DNA from: Neoconidiobolus thromboides FSU 785
Lineage: Eukaryota; Fungi; Entomophthoromycota
Direction: 5' to 3'
Assembly: GCA_025603075.1 (NCBI GenBank)
Contig: MU626310.1
Span: forward strand, 1 to 64,000
Length of the DNA stretch: 64,000 bases
A program made the translations under genes and the position numbers. Below, piece by piece: positions 1 to 12,000 of the stretch (positions within the stretch are counted from its first letter, which is position 1; the number at the start of each line of letters is the position of its first letter). A model generated the notes under the pieces. It saw only the letters and a program-made list of their open reading frames with translations, searched no databases and had not been told where the DNA came from.

Positions 1-296
1 GGAATAGCACGTAATAGGTTACAAGCTATATAAGACAAATAGAATAGACAATACTAATGTAAAATCTATGTAAAATAATATTAAGAAAACTTAGTGGCTT
101 TATTAAATGTTCGAGATATCAGGGATTAATTCAGTTAAAAAGCCTCGAACTATTATACTCTGTAAACTCTTTTATACTCTGAAAAGTATAAGTATCAAAA
201 TGAGAAGATAATATTCTTTTGGGTGGAACTAGAAATTCTCATAACAAATCAAAATAATTAACCATGGGACTGACGAAGCGATATTTCACACCATAT

Positions 297-1590
297 AGGG
301 ACGCCTGAATTGGTTTTATTTTTTTATCCAATTTTCGAGCAAATAAATACATCCCCATATTCTAAGGACTTAAAATTCTGTAAAAATAAACTTTTTATTA
401 AGCAAACATACTCAACATAGTTTTAAACTATTTTATTATAATTTATACTGTAAGTTAGCTGAATTTCTATTAAATTTAATAAGAATTCTCAGATTAGCAA
501 GGTTTTTACTAATATAACCTACATATTGATATTAATCAAAGTTGTAGTATATAAATAAATATTTTTATGAAACTCCATTCAGAAATATTTATTGTTGACT
601 GCTTTATAACCAATATTACATATTTGCTATTAAATGATTAAATAGTTTATTTTAATATCACAATTACATTATTAATATATTACTAAGTTAATAAATAACT
701 GGATAGTAAGGAGTGATTAGTCCCAAAGCTATGATTAGCCATCTTTATATAATACAAGCAATACAATGATAGTCTTTACTTATTATGACTACTTACTTTT
801 CAACTATTTATTAACTTAGTTATTTATAGTTTAAATAATATTAATGTTTAATGATTAGTTTCTATTATTTAATAGGACACTTGCTTTACCAAACATTGAA
901 CTTTTAAATTTTCTGTTGTTTTTATAAGGTAAACTGTGTGAAAGTTAATGTACAGTAGTTAGAGTTAAAAGCAGTTTTTGCTTGATTAACTAGTCGTAAG
1001 TCGAGAGGTCTTAGTTTATGTAACTAAAATAGACTTGAATTATGAAGAATAACATTTAATAGGCTACGGATTATGTAAGATAAATAGAATAGATGATGCT
1101 ATTGTAAAATCTATATAAAGTATTATCGAAAAGATCTAATGGCTTTATTAAAAGTACAATACCAGGGAATAGTTCAATCAAAAAGCCTGAGATTATCATG
1201 CTGAAGAGTCCCCTTTGCACTTCAATTCGAAAACTATATACGGGTATCTATTTTTATATTTAAGAATTTTGCTAATAATTTTTCCGCTTAAATAGCGCTT
1301 AAAAGATGGAAAAAATAATGAAGCCAAAAAAAATACCCCCATATAAAGTACACGATAGTAGTTATTCCTTACTATAAGTCACTAATTATAGATATCAAAA
1401 GAGGAGATAACGCCTTTCAATTAGATGATAAAAACCCTTATAATAAATCAAAATAAGGATCTCTGAATTGATTGTCCCACATGTAAATCATAGCCAAGTT
1501 GATTACAAAACTGTAACTGGTTTTATAAACAAGTTAAATGATTAGCATGCTATGACTAATCCTAGAGCTGATAAAGCAATATTTCACAGC
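297..1590 (-). mobile_element. Internally deleted derivative of the Sola-like element (transposase missing)
   Basis: At ~935 sequence homologous to ~46020 is joined directly to sequence homologous to ~47740, a deletion of ~1.7 kb. The 3' terminus is at 297; the 5' end was not located. Confidence 0.7.
1240..1341 (-). mobile_element. MITE copy
   Basis: Reverse-orientation ~100 bp family member ending AATACCCCCC|ATAT, with ATAT also at 1236-1239; left terminus degenerate. Confidence 0.85.
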
Positions 1591-1739
1591 TGGGGTTAAT
1601 CTTTTGGTTTATATTTTTTGTAAACTTTATAACTTTAATTAAAATTATATCGTTTTTATTTATTTATCAGATATTGGATATTAATACAGTCTATTATTAT
1701 GTTTAATAGAATGTAAATACTTTTTGATACCTTGTATTT

Positions 1740-1922
1740 TGTAAAATATTGCTTTGCCAGCTCCATGGTTGATCGTAGCATAATAACTATTTAACTTGTT
1801 GTGTTCTCAAGTTCAGAGACAATCAATCCCACGCTCTTATTTTGGTTTAATATGAGAACACAACAGCTTAGGTGACTACTATGCTATAGTTAGCTATGGG
1901 GCTGACAAAGTGATGTTTTGCA
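1740..1922. repeat. Fold-back inverted repeat (69-bp arms, 45-bp spacer)
   Basis: Arms 1740-1808 and 1854-1922 align without gaps as reverse complements at 49/69 identity. Confidence 0.85.
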
Positions 1923-1924
1923 TT

Positions 1925-3135
1925 AAAAATAAAAATCTCAACCTTTAAAATTAATTGATTAATATTTGTTATTTTATTTGATGCTTTAAAGCTATTTTTT
2001 TATTGTAAAAGATTTTTAAAATGTTTAATAAAAAAATTAGGATCAATATTTAAACTGTCATTTGTTTTATAGTTTTTTTAAACGTATAATGTAAAAACTT
2101 TCGAGATTTAAAATAGTTTCCTGTATCTGCCTATATATTAATTTTTATAAACTTTTTAAATAAAAATTCTTTAGATACTAAATTAATTAAGCAATTTTTT
2201 ACAGATGTTAAATTATAACTTAATGTTTTAAAGAAATAACTAAAATAAATAAAGTTTATTATTTTGTTATTTTTTGAATATAGAACAAAATTTAATACTA
2301 ATATAGCTTATTTATTATAATGGGTTAAATTTACTAAATCTAGTACTATTTCTATCTCTATATTTTGTTTAAAATTTAAAGTTACTATTTGATTTTTGTT
2401 ATTTGATTTTCTAATAGCTTTATTGAACATGTTTTTAAGTATTAATATAAAATTTGTATATTTTGTATAGCTCTTTTTTATTGAAAGATTTTTTATGTTT
2501 GTTTTGTTTTTTATTACTGTATTTATTTTATTTTTGAATAATTTTCTTCTGATTATATTAAGCACATATTATGTAATCTGATTTTCTTACTATATGTTTA
2601 AAATTACTTAGTAATTATTCAAAAATTATTAACCTAACTATTGCTTTATCTTTTAAAATATTTTAATATTTAATATTTTTATTAAATTTTAATAAAATAG
2701 TTAAATTTTTAAGTAAATATTATACAGTAATTTTAATTTGCTTATTTTTGATTTTTTGATATTTTTAATCATAATTTATAATATCATTATTTTATTATTA
2801 TTGATTATTTCTAAATAATCATGTTGATTCTTACTCATGGGGGTGTTTTTTTTGGCTTCATTACTTTTTCCATCTTTTAAGTGCTATTTGAGTGGAAAAG
2901 TTATCAGCAAAATTATTAAACACAAAAATACATCCCCTTATGTTGAATCTAAAACTTTTGTATTTTTCAAAAAATATACTGAGACTATAGTTGATGATAA
3001 TGCTACTTGTAGGTTTTTCCTTCCTGTTCCCTTTAAAGTAATAATTTTCATGTATTCCCTGATTAAGTTTATTACTATCAATAGTGAATTTTAATAATGT
3101 AATGTTTGTTTTTTTTGTATTATAAAATTCAATAT
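1925..3135 (-). pseudogene. Degenerate Sola-like transposase copy, interrupted by a MITE at 2839-2937
   Basis: ORF 2308..2565 (IRRKLFKNKINT...LNFKQNIEIEIVLDLVNLTHYNK) aligns to 46592..47137 (VRKKLFENKINT...LDFKQNMEIGTRPDSINLDHYNK); homology continues on both sides of the MITE. Confidence 0.85.
2839..2937 (+). mobile_element. MITE copy inserted in transposase relic
   Basis: GGGGGTG...ACATCCCC flanked by TCAT/TTAT. Confidence 0.9.
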
Positions 3136-3419
3136 TTTATTATGGACAGTGTTTTATATATTTTACACATATTATGTAGATATTAAGGCCATCAAAATGT
3201 CGAATGAAATTTGAAAAAAGTTTGAAAAAATAAATTTGACACTTTAACATACTTAAGTTTTTTATTATAAAATTAACATGAAATTTGAATATAACAAAAT
3301 AGAGATATTTGTTATTGAATTTTATTACTTTGAATTTCTTCCATTTGTTTTTTATAATATTATAATACTATAAAAACACCTGTATTATCCACTTCATTTT
3401 TTTTGTTTTTTTAGAAGGT

Positions 3420-4260
3420 ATGCGAACTGGTTTCGACTGATTGTATAAATTAAAGTATTCAGGGTTACAATGAGATATCAAAGCTTTTAATTCAAGATAA
3501 ATTTAGAAATGCTATCTTGTACTCTAATATAGGTAGTAATTCGATCGCGCTATCCAAATTTACCTTGAATAGCATCAACTTGGTTCAACTCAATATCGTT
3601 CAAATATTTGGTGGATCGAGCGTTTGTTGGGAATTAATGGGAGTAACTTCAGTGGAATCAATTAGTAATTATTCTGGTAAAGAGATATATGAAATCTTTT
3701 TTAAGGAATTGGAAACAATGGTATATTGTAGTGAGGTCGCTTTCCAAACACTTGGTTTATTATTCAATAATAAGTTACTACCAAATTCTGGTTTAATATT
3801 TTTTTAAATATAAGAGTTATCTTATTTAACTGATAATTCTATATCAAAGATACCGTCAACTGGTGTTATTCTTTTAATTTGCTTTAATAAATTAACACTA
3901 CTATCATCTTTGGTACTTTGATTAATATTTAATTTTAACAAGGCACTTAATGTCTATGAATACAATGCTCACCTACAAGGACTTTATTACCTATCAATTT
4001 AAGTGATTCAATTAAGAAGTAGCATTGAAGAAGACACTTAAGGTACCTATAGCATGACTTGGATGCTTAGTTCCATTATTCCCATAATTTTGGCTTAAGC
4101 TATAATGTATAATAGCAGTTACAATATCATGATGTTCTGCTAAGCTCCCTACCATAATTTTAATTGGTTCTATGTCTTTTAATACCCATGTTCCACTTTA
4201 TATATATCAATGAGAGAAAGTTTGGAGCACAGTTCAAGGATGTAATCAAATCAAAATAAT
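3420..4260 (-). pseudogene. Degenerate coding-like relic of unknown origin (possibly retroelement)
   Basis: Minus-strand frames give long protein-like stretches broken by stops (e.g. LKQIKRITPVDGIFDIELSVK*..., GTWVLKDIEPIKIMVGSLAEHHDIVTAII); no family recognised. Confidence 0.25.
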
Positions 4261-4339
4261 TATTTCTATTTACATCATTATATTAGTAAGATTTTTTATT
4301 TACACTATCAATATTAAGATTTTAATATTAATAAATATT

Positions 4340-4560
4340 TAGTCGAATATAAAATACTTACCTTAAGTTTTAGATAAAAATGCCCATCGAGTTTGTATGC
4401 TAAGTTTGATCTATTTGTTATTATTAAAGTATAGCGAGTAATAGCTTACCAAAAAAGATGACTTGAGTAATAAATATACGGTATAGGATCATCTTATACA
4501 TTTAGGTTTAATTTAACCGGTAGAAAATTAGTTTATAATTATAAATTGTTTGATCTTAAA
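4340..4560 (+). other. Possible degenerate SSU rRNA-like fragment (NUMT candidate)
   Basis: GAGTAATAGCTTACCAAAAAAGATGAC...AGGATCATC recalls the 16S-type GTAATGGCTTACCAAG..GATGA...AGGATGATC motif order; the match is short and by eye. Confidence 0.25.
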
Positions 4561-5945
4561 TATATAAAATAAACAAATGTATTTCAAATTAGTATGATAA
4601 AACGGTTAATCTTACTATCACTATTAAATGAGTTTTGACTGATTTTGTTGTATTTTCTAGATGTCCAATCTTCAAACACAATATAAAGTAAGAAGTTAAA
4701 ATCACATCTATTTTAACAGACTATTGGAGGATATTTATAGTCTATTCTACAAAGATATCTGTATTTTATTTACTTTTCTGATTTATATTAATAAATCAGC
4801 TTCTATAAAAATAGTGAAATTTCTAAAACATGTTAGTTATGTCAATGTTTAATATGTTTCTTTAGTATAATAACATAAAATTAATTAATTTGATTAGTAA
4901 TGGTTTGTAAACTTTTATTATATTAAAATCAAAAATTTAAAAAAACTGGAAACCTACTTCAAGTGTAAATCGTAGATAGTAAAATACTTTACATTCGCTA
5001 ACTTGTTAAACAAACTAAATTAATATAAACTAAAAATAGAAGCCCAGACTTTAAAAAATTTAATATAACTTATATAGCTAACTAGATATTTTGTTAGATG
5101 TTTTTATAAACCTTGCTCATGAATCAATTTATAAATTAAAAAAAATTCTGAAAATTGTTAAATTTAGAAAAACTATACTATTTTTGCTAAAGGACATTTA
5201 AATGTTAAAAGTACAATAGGAGTAATATAAAAATATTGTTACAATAAATTGCTTTAAATCCAATGTTGAACTGTTTTTTGGGCATAATTATTTAAAAGTA
5301 TTGATTAAACATGAATACCGAATGTAGTTGCTTTTTTGAGAAATTTTAATCTAGATAAATGCTTCTTCAATATTTAACCAGTAACAATTTTAAATTTTAT
5401 GCTGAACGGAAAATATATAACAATAAAATAAAAATATTTTCATAAAATTTATGTAATTATGTAATTTATATAAAAGTTTTTGTTCACTTTTGAAGTAATT
5501 TAGATCTAAAACATTCACTAACTGAGCCCTTAAATAAAAAGTATAGTCATGATTTTATCTGTAAATCTTAGGGTTAGAACTCTAAAGTATATTACCTTGG
5601 AAAGAAAAAAATTCATATGGCTATAATTTTCAGCAACATAGTGCTTAATGCCCACCATTTTTCAGTATTAAAATTCAGTAAAATAGACGCATTTTCAAAG
5701 ATTATAAAATACGCTAAAAATAAAAACATTTAACGAAGCTACAATAGTTAGAAACTTACTCATCAAAATAGTTAGTGCTAAATTAAATGCTAGATAGTAA
5801 TGATATAAGGCTAAAATGAAAGAGCTTAAAGGGCATAAAATACAATATTCATTTTTATAAAATATAGAATTAAAATTAGGAAATTCAACCCTGGAAACCA
5901 TGTACAATTTTAATTGGTTAAGAAAACTCCAATTACCACTCTCAG

Positions 5946-5990
5946 TGACGCGTAGTAAATTGTAAAATTTTTATCGGACAAATTTTACAA
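5946..5990 (+). promoter_or_regulatory. ACGCGT box plus perfect 11-bp inverted repeat upstream of dynein
   Basis: TGACGCGT at 5946-5953; TTGTAAAATTT (5960-5970), 9-nt loop, AAATTTTACAA (5980-5990); 70-115 bp before the ATG. Confidence 0.3.
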
Positions 5991-6059
5991 CTACTTTTTT
6001 TCCAAAAAAATCATATAAACTTTTTCCAACAAAAAACTTTTTAAATACAGAAAAAAAAC

Positions 6060-9000
6060 ATGGAAGAAGAGAGTACCAAATCACCTATTGATATAGGGAG
6101 TCCGATTTCAAGTGAAGTGGTAGTAGATCTTAATAATTATGATTGTCAAATTTTAATTGATTTTATCTGTCAATTACTGCCATTAACTTTAGACTCAAAA
6201 CAAGCGGATATTGAAACTTCTCTATTAGAGTTTCCAGAAACTATTGAAAATTGTTTGAAGTTTTCAACGGACCCTCAAACTTCAGTAATGTATATATTGA
6301 AAGAAAAATTAGGTTTAGACGCTTCAGGTACTTTTACTCTTTATTTTTTATTCTTTTAAACAAAAATACTTACAATCTTAATTAGATGAAACCTCTGGCT
6401 TTTTATATTCCCTTAAACTTGAAGTGGAATATCGTACTGGTATAGTTGCTTGTATTGCTTTAATTAAAAGGGTATCTGTATTAGACCAAACTAAACCACT
6501 TCAAAACCAGATTCAATTTATTAATTTACCTGGCCCAAATTCCGACTCTATTTCACCTTATGAAGCACTTCATGCTTATATTCATCATGCAGTCAGTCCT
6601 TATTTCAATGCATTTACAAATGCTAAGTTAGGAACTTCAACAGATATTCAAGCTAATAAAAGGGATGAAAGCTCAACTATGGGAGTACCAGCAGCCAAGA
6701 AAAAAATTGCCGAACTTGAACTTTCTTTATTACATCTTCAACAAAATGTTGAGATACCCGATATAACTTTAGTGATTCATCCAGTGATTCAAAAAGCAGT
6801 TGAAGAAAATTTGAATAAAGGTCAAAGAGTTACTGTAGATACTATTGATGGTAAACTGCTTCAAGATTCCTCATTTTTAAATGCACTTCAAGCCGATGTC
6901 AATCGTTGGATTAAAGAAATTCAAAAAGTCACCAAACTTACTAGAGACCCTTCGACTGGTTCCGCACTTCAAGAAATTAATTTTTGGCTAAGTATGGAAA
7001 GAGCTTTAGATCGTATTGATGTGGAGCTTAGAAGCGATGCTATCATTCTTACCTTGGAAATTCTTAAACATGCTAAACGTTTCCATGCTACTGTTAGTTT
7101 CCATGCTGATACTGGACTTCAAGAAGCTTTAGAAACTGTATTGAAGTATAATACCATTATGAAAGATTTTCCTATTAGTGATCTTTTATCAGCTCCAGAT
7201 GTAGATCGTTTAACAGATGCTTTTGTTCAAGTACATTCTCATTTACATAAAAAATTGAGAAATTCGTCTTATCCCATTCGTCGTTCGATTGCCTTTATGG
7301 AAGCTATCTCCAGAGATTTAACTCAACAATTAACCAAAATTTTAAATACACGTCGGTTGATGTATATTGATTACCATGAATTTGATTCAATTATGCGTAG
7401 TGTTGAACGCTTATTTTCCAATTGGGAAGATTTAGCCAGAGAATATTCAACCTTAGCTAGAGATCTTACTAGAAAACGTGGTGAAAAGTTTTTCTATTTT
7501 AAATTAGAACCAGCTCATCAAAAACTTCAAGAAAGATTATCATTTATTCAATTATTTAGAAAACAACACGATCAACTTCAATCTACTATTGATAAGGTAA
7601 TGGCAAGACCATCTCAAAATAGAAAGGGATCTAATGAAGCTGATAATGTCACTGTAAGTGATTTAAATGCGGTTGAGGAGGTAAGATTAGCTTATGAAAA
7701 TATCAAACATATCGATATATTAGATATTACGCCCGAAGGAACTGAAGTTTGGGTTGTTGCTGAAACCAATTATAATGAAAAGATATCTCGAGTTGAAAAT
7801 CAAATCATTATTAAATTACGTAATTTACTTGGTGCTGCTAAAAATGCTAATGAAATGTTTCGAGTGTTTTCAAAATTTAATGCTTTATTTGTACGTCCCA
7901 AAATTCGTGGTGCTATTCAAGAATATCAAACTCAATTAATTGAAAGTGTTAAAAAAGATATCCAAGCTTTACATGAGAAATTTAAAGTTCAATATAGAAA
8001 TTCTCAAGCCCATCACATGAGCCAATTACGTGATATTCCACCCATTTCAGGTACTATTATTTGGGTCAAACAAATCGATCGTCAATTATCTATGTATATG
8101 AAGAGAGTAGAGGATGTGTTAGGGAAAGGATGGGAGATGTATGCAGATGGTCAAAAGTTAGAATCAGAAAGTTCTAGTTTTAAAAAGAAATTAAATACAA
8201 GACAAATCTTTGAAATGTGGCAAGATGAAATAGCATCAAGAAATCATAAAATTTCTGGTAACATCTTTTCTGTTATTCGAAATCGTGCTCAAAACAATTC
8301 GTATTCTCTTGCTATTAACTTTGATAACCAAATTATTACTTTATTTAAAGAATGTCGTAATTTATTATGGCTTGGTTTTAAAGTACCTTATACTATTCGT
8401 AATTTAGCTAGTGATGTGAAACGTATCTATCCATTTGCCATTAGTTTAATTGAATCCGTAAGAACTTATACACAAGTAGTTGATAAATATGAGAGTCATC
8501 CAGAAGTATCTATGCTTGTTGCTTCTTATTATAAAGAAGTACAAGATTTAATTACACAAGGTATAGCTTTACGTTGGGATTATTTAGTTAATCAATATGA
8601 CAATCGCATTGTATTCTCAGGTGGTGAATTTGCTCACTCAGAAACACGCCATAATGATTTTATTCAAGATTTTTCTAGTTTAATATTTACTTTTCAAACT
8701 AAAATGGATGCAGTTTTAAAAATTGATAATGAAATTAAAGAGATTCTCAATTCGTTACAAAGCTGTCCATTTACTCATGAAGATTTGTTATCTAATTTAA
8801 AATTAATTCAAAAAATAATTGACCAATTAAATTTTGAATCCTATAGTAATTTAGATCAATGGGTAGAGTATTTAGATACTCAAGTTAAAGACGTTTTGTT
8901 GATCCGATTACAAAAAGCATTACGTGCTTGGACTAATGCTTTTTTGAAGATTAATGATTCTAATAATAACAATTCATTAGAATCTAAATCTTTATTAACA

Positions 9001-12000
9001 ATCAAACGTAGAGATTTAGATAAATCAATTAATGCAAATGATAAAGAAGCCAACCAAAAGATAGAATATCAACCTAATATTCAATCTCTAATTCATGAAA
9101 TTTTAATTCGTGATCAAATTATGCATTTAGATCCACCTATTGAAGATGCACGTGAAAACTGGTATAAACAATTATCCAATTGGATATCAATTGTATGTTC
9201 TTTACCTAAACTACAGAGTTCTCGTTATGAATTTAATATTGGTGAAGAATCTGAAGATCCAAGGGATCTAACTTATATGTCTATTATTAAAGATTTAGAT
9301 GATGATGCATTAACTTCAGCTTATGAAAAGATTGAAAGTAAAATTAAAGAAGTTTCTGACTATGTTAAAATTTGGTTACAATATCAATCACTCTGGGATT
9401 TAGAACCAGAGATTGTTTATACTAAACTTGGGGATGATTTATTTCAATGGCAACAAATTTTAATTGAAATTAAAAAAGCAAGAGCAACTTTTGATAATTC
9501 GGAAACTGAAAAGAATTTTGGACCGATTATTGTAGATTATGAACAAGTTCAAAGTAAAGTCAATTCCAAATATGATTCTTGGCAAAAGGAAATCTTAAAG
9601 GAATTTGGTATTAAACTTGGTAATTCAATGAAAGAATTTAATGTACAAGTATCAAAAGCACGTGCTGGTTTAGAAAGGTTTTCATTAGATACTAATGCCA
9701 CTTCCGAAGTAGTTACTTTTATTACTTTTGTTGAAGATATCAAATTAAAAGTAGAACAATGGAGTGCTGATATTGAACTTTATAGACATGGACAAAAAAC
9801 ATTGGAACGTCAAAGGTATCAATTTCCATCGGATTGGTTATATGTTGATCAAGTGGAAGGAGAATGGAGTGCCTTTAATGAAATTTTAGCACGTAAAAAT
9901 AATTCAATTCAAGAACAAGTAGCTGGATTACAAATGAAAATTATTGCTCAAGATAAAATTGTTGAGGATAAAATTACTAATTTAATTACTGAATGGAATA
10001 AAGATATACCTAAAGCAGGAGATATTAAACCAGATATTGCCATTAACACATTAAATATATTTGAAGGTCGTCTTACTCGATTAAAAGAAGAATATGATCA
10101 AGTTTATTCAGCAAAGAAGGCATTAAAATTAGATGTTACTTTAAATGATCGATTAAGTCCAGTACTAGAAGAACTTGGTGATCTTAAATCTGTATGGAAT
10201 GCATTAACTGGTATCTGGCAATCTATTTATATGTTACGTGATAATACTTGGGCTTCTGTTGTTCCTAGAAAAATTCGATTACAAATTGAAGAATGTGTCT
10301 CTGAAGCCAGAAAATTACCACCCAGAATTCATCAATATCCAGCTTATAGTTATATAATTGATTTATTAAATAGTTATTTAAAAGTTAATACTATATTAAC
10401 TGAGTTAAAATCGGATGCTTTACGTGAACGTCACTGGAGACAATTATTCAAACAACTTGATTGTGAAGGTAAATTCTTTTTATCAGAAATGACTTTAGGT
10501 AATATTTGGGATATGGATTTGGATAAGAATGAAGTTATTGCTAGAGAAATTATAATAGTTGCTCAAGGAGAAATGGCTTTAGAAGAATTTATTAAACAAG
10601 TCAAAGAAACATGGAGTAGTTATACATTAGAATTGGTAAATTATCAAAATAAATGTCGATTAATCAAAGGATGGGATGATATGATGACAAAATGTAGTGA
10701 AAATTTAAATTCATTAACAGCTATGAAAATGTCTCCTTATTATAAAGTGTTTGAAGAAGAAGCTTCAGCTTGGGAAGATAAATTAAATCGAATTTATGTA
10801 CTTTTCTTTGATGTTTGGATTGATGTACAACGTCAATGGGTTTATCTTGAAGGTATATTTTCAGGTTCAGCAGATATTAAACACTTATTACCAATGGAAA
10901 CTTCAAGATTTCAAAATATTAATGCCGAATTTTTAACAGCTATGAAGAAAGTGTATAAGTCTCCTTTTGTTTTAGATGTATTAAATATACCAAATATTCA
11001 AAAATCATTAGAGAGATTAAAAGATTTATTAAGTAAAATTCAAAAGGCATTGGGTGAGTATTTAGAAAAAGAAAGATCTTCTTTCCCACGATTTTATTTT
11101 GTAGGTGATGAAGATTTATTAGAAATTATTGGAAATAGTAAAGATATATTAAGAATTCAAAAACATTTTAAAAAAATGTTTGCTGGTATTAATAATATAC
11201 TATTAAACGAAGATACAAGTATTATTATTGGTATGGCATCAAAAGATGGAGAAGAAGTATTATTTAAAAAACCAATCATATTAAAAGAAAATCCAAGAAT
11301 TAATGATTGGTTAACAATGATTGAAAGTGAAATGAAAGTTTCATTGGCTTTGTTATTAGATGATGCTATCAAAGAATTATCTACAGTTTATTTAGCAGAT
11401 AATTTAAATAATGAGTTGTTTATGCAATGGATTAATAAATATCCAGCTCAATTAGTTGTACTTGCTTCTCAAGCTATTTGGACTCAAACAATCGAAGATG
11501 GCTTTATTACTTCAAAAAATGATAAATTAGATTTAACTCATTTTGATTCAGCATTAAACAAAGTAGAAAGAGGATTGATTACATTAGCAGATGCTGTTTT
11601 AACAGATTTAGTAGTAACTCAACGACGTAAATGTGAACATTTAATTACTGAATTAGTTCATCAAAGGGATGTAATTCGATTATTAATCAAAAACAAAGTC
11701 ATTAACAATAAAGATTTCAATTGGTTATACCAAATGCGATTCTATTATAATTCGACTATACAAGAGCCATTACATCGATTAAATATTCAAATGGCCAATG
11801 CTAATTTCTACTATGGCTATGAATATTTAGGTATTCCAGATCGATTAGTGCAAACCCCATTAACAGATCGTTGCTATTTAACATTAACGCAAGCTTTAGA
11901 AGCTAGATTAGGTGGTTCTCCTTTTGGACCAGCAGGTACAGGAAAAACAGAATCTGTTAAAGCATTAGGAGTCCAATTAGGTAGATTTGTTTTAGTATTT

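Larger units (their letters stand above)
1..3135 (-). mobile_element. Nest of truncated and rearranged copies of the Sola-like element found at 45210-48294
   Basis: 1-290 and ~936-1590 match the reverse complement of ~45540-46020. 361-935 matches the reverse complement of ~47740-48200. ~1925-3135 matches the transposase region ~46190-47500. A terminus ATAT|AGGGACGCCTGAATTGGTTTTATT lies at 293-320. Confidence 0.85.

Noticed and set aside
6424-6426. Apparent GTG start of the 4557-aa dynein ORF
   Set aside because: Artefact of the intron at 6328-6385; the true start is ATG 6060.
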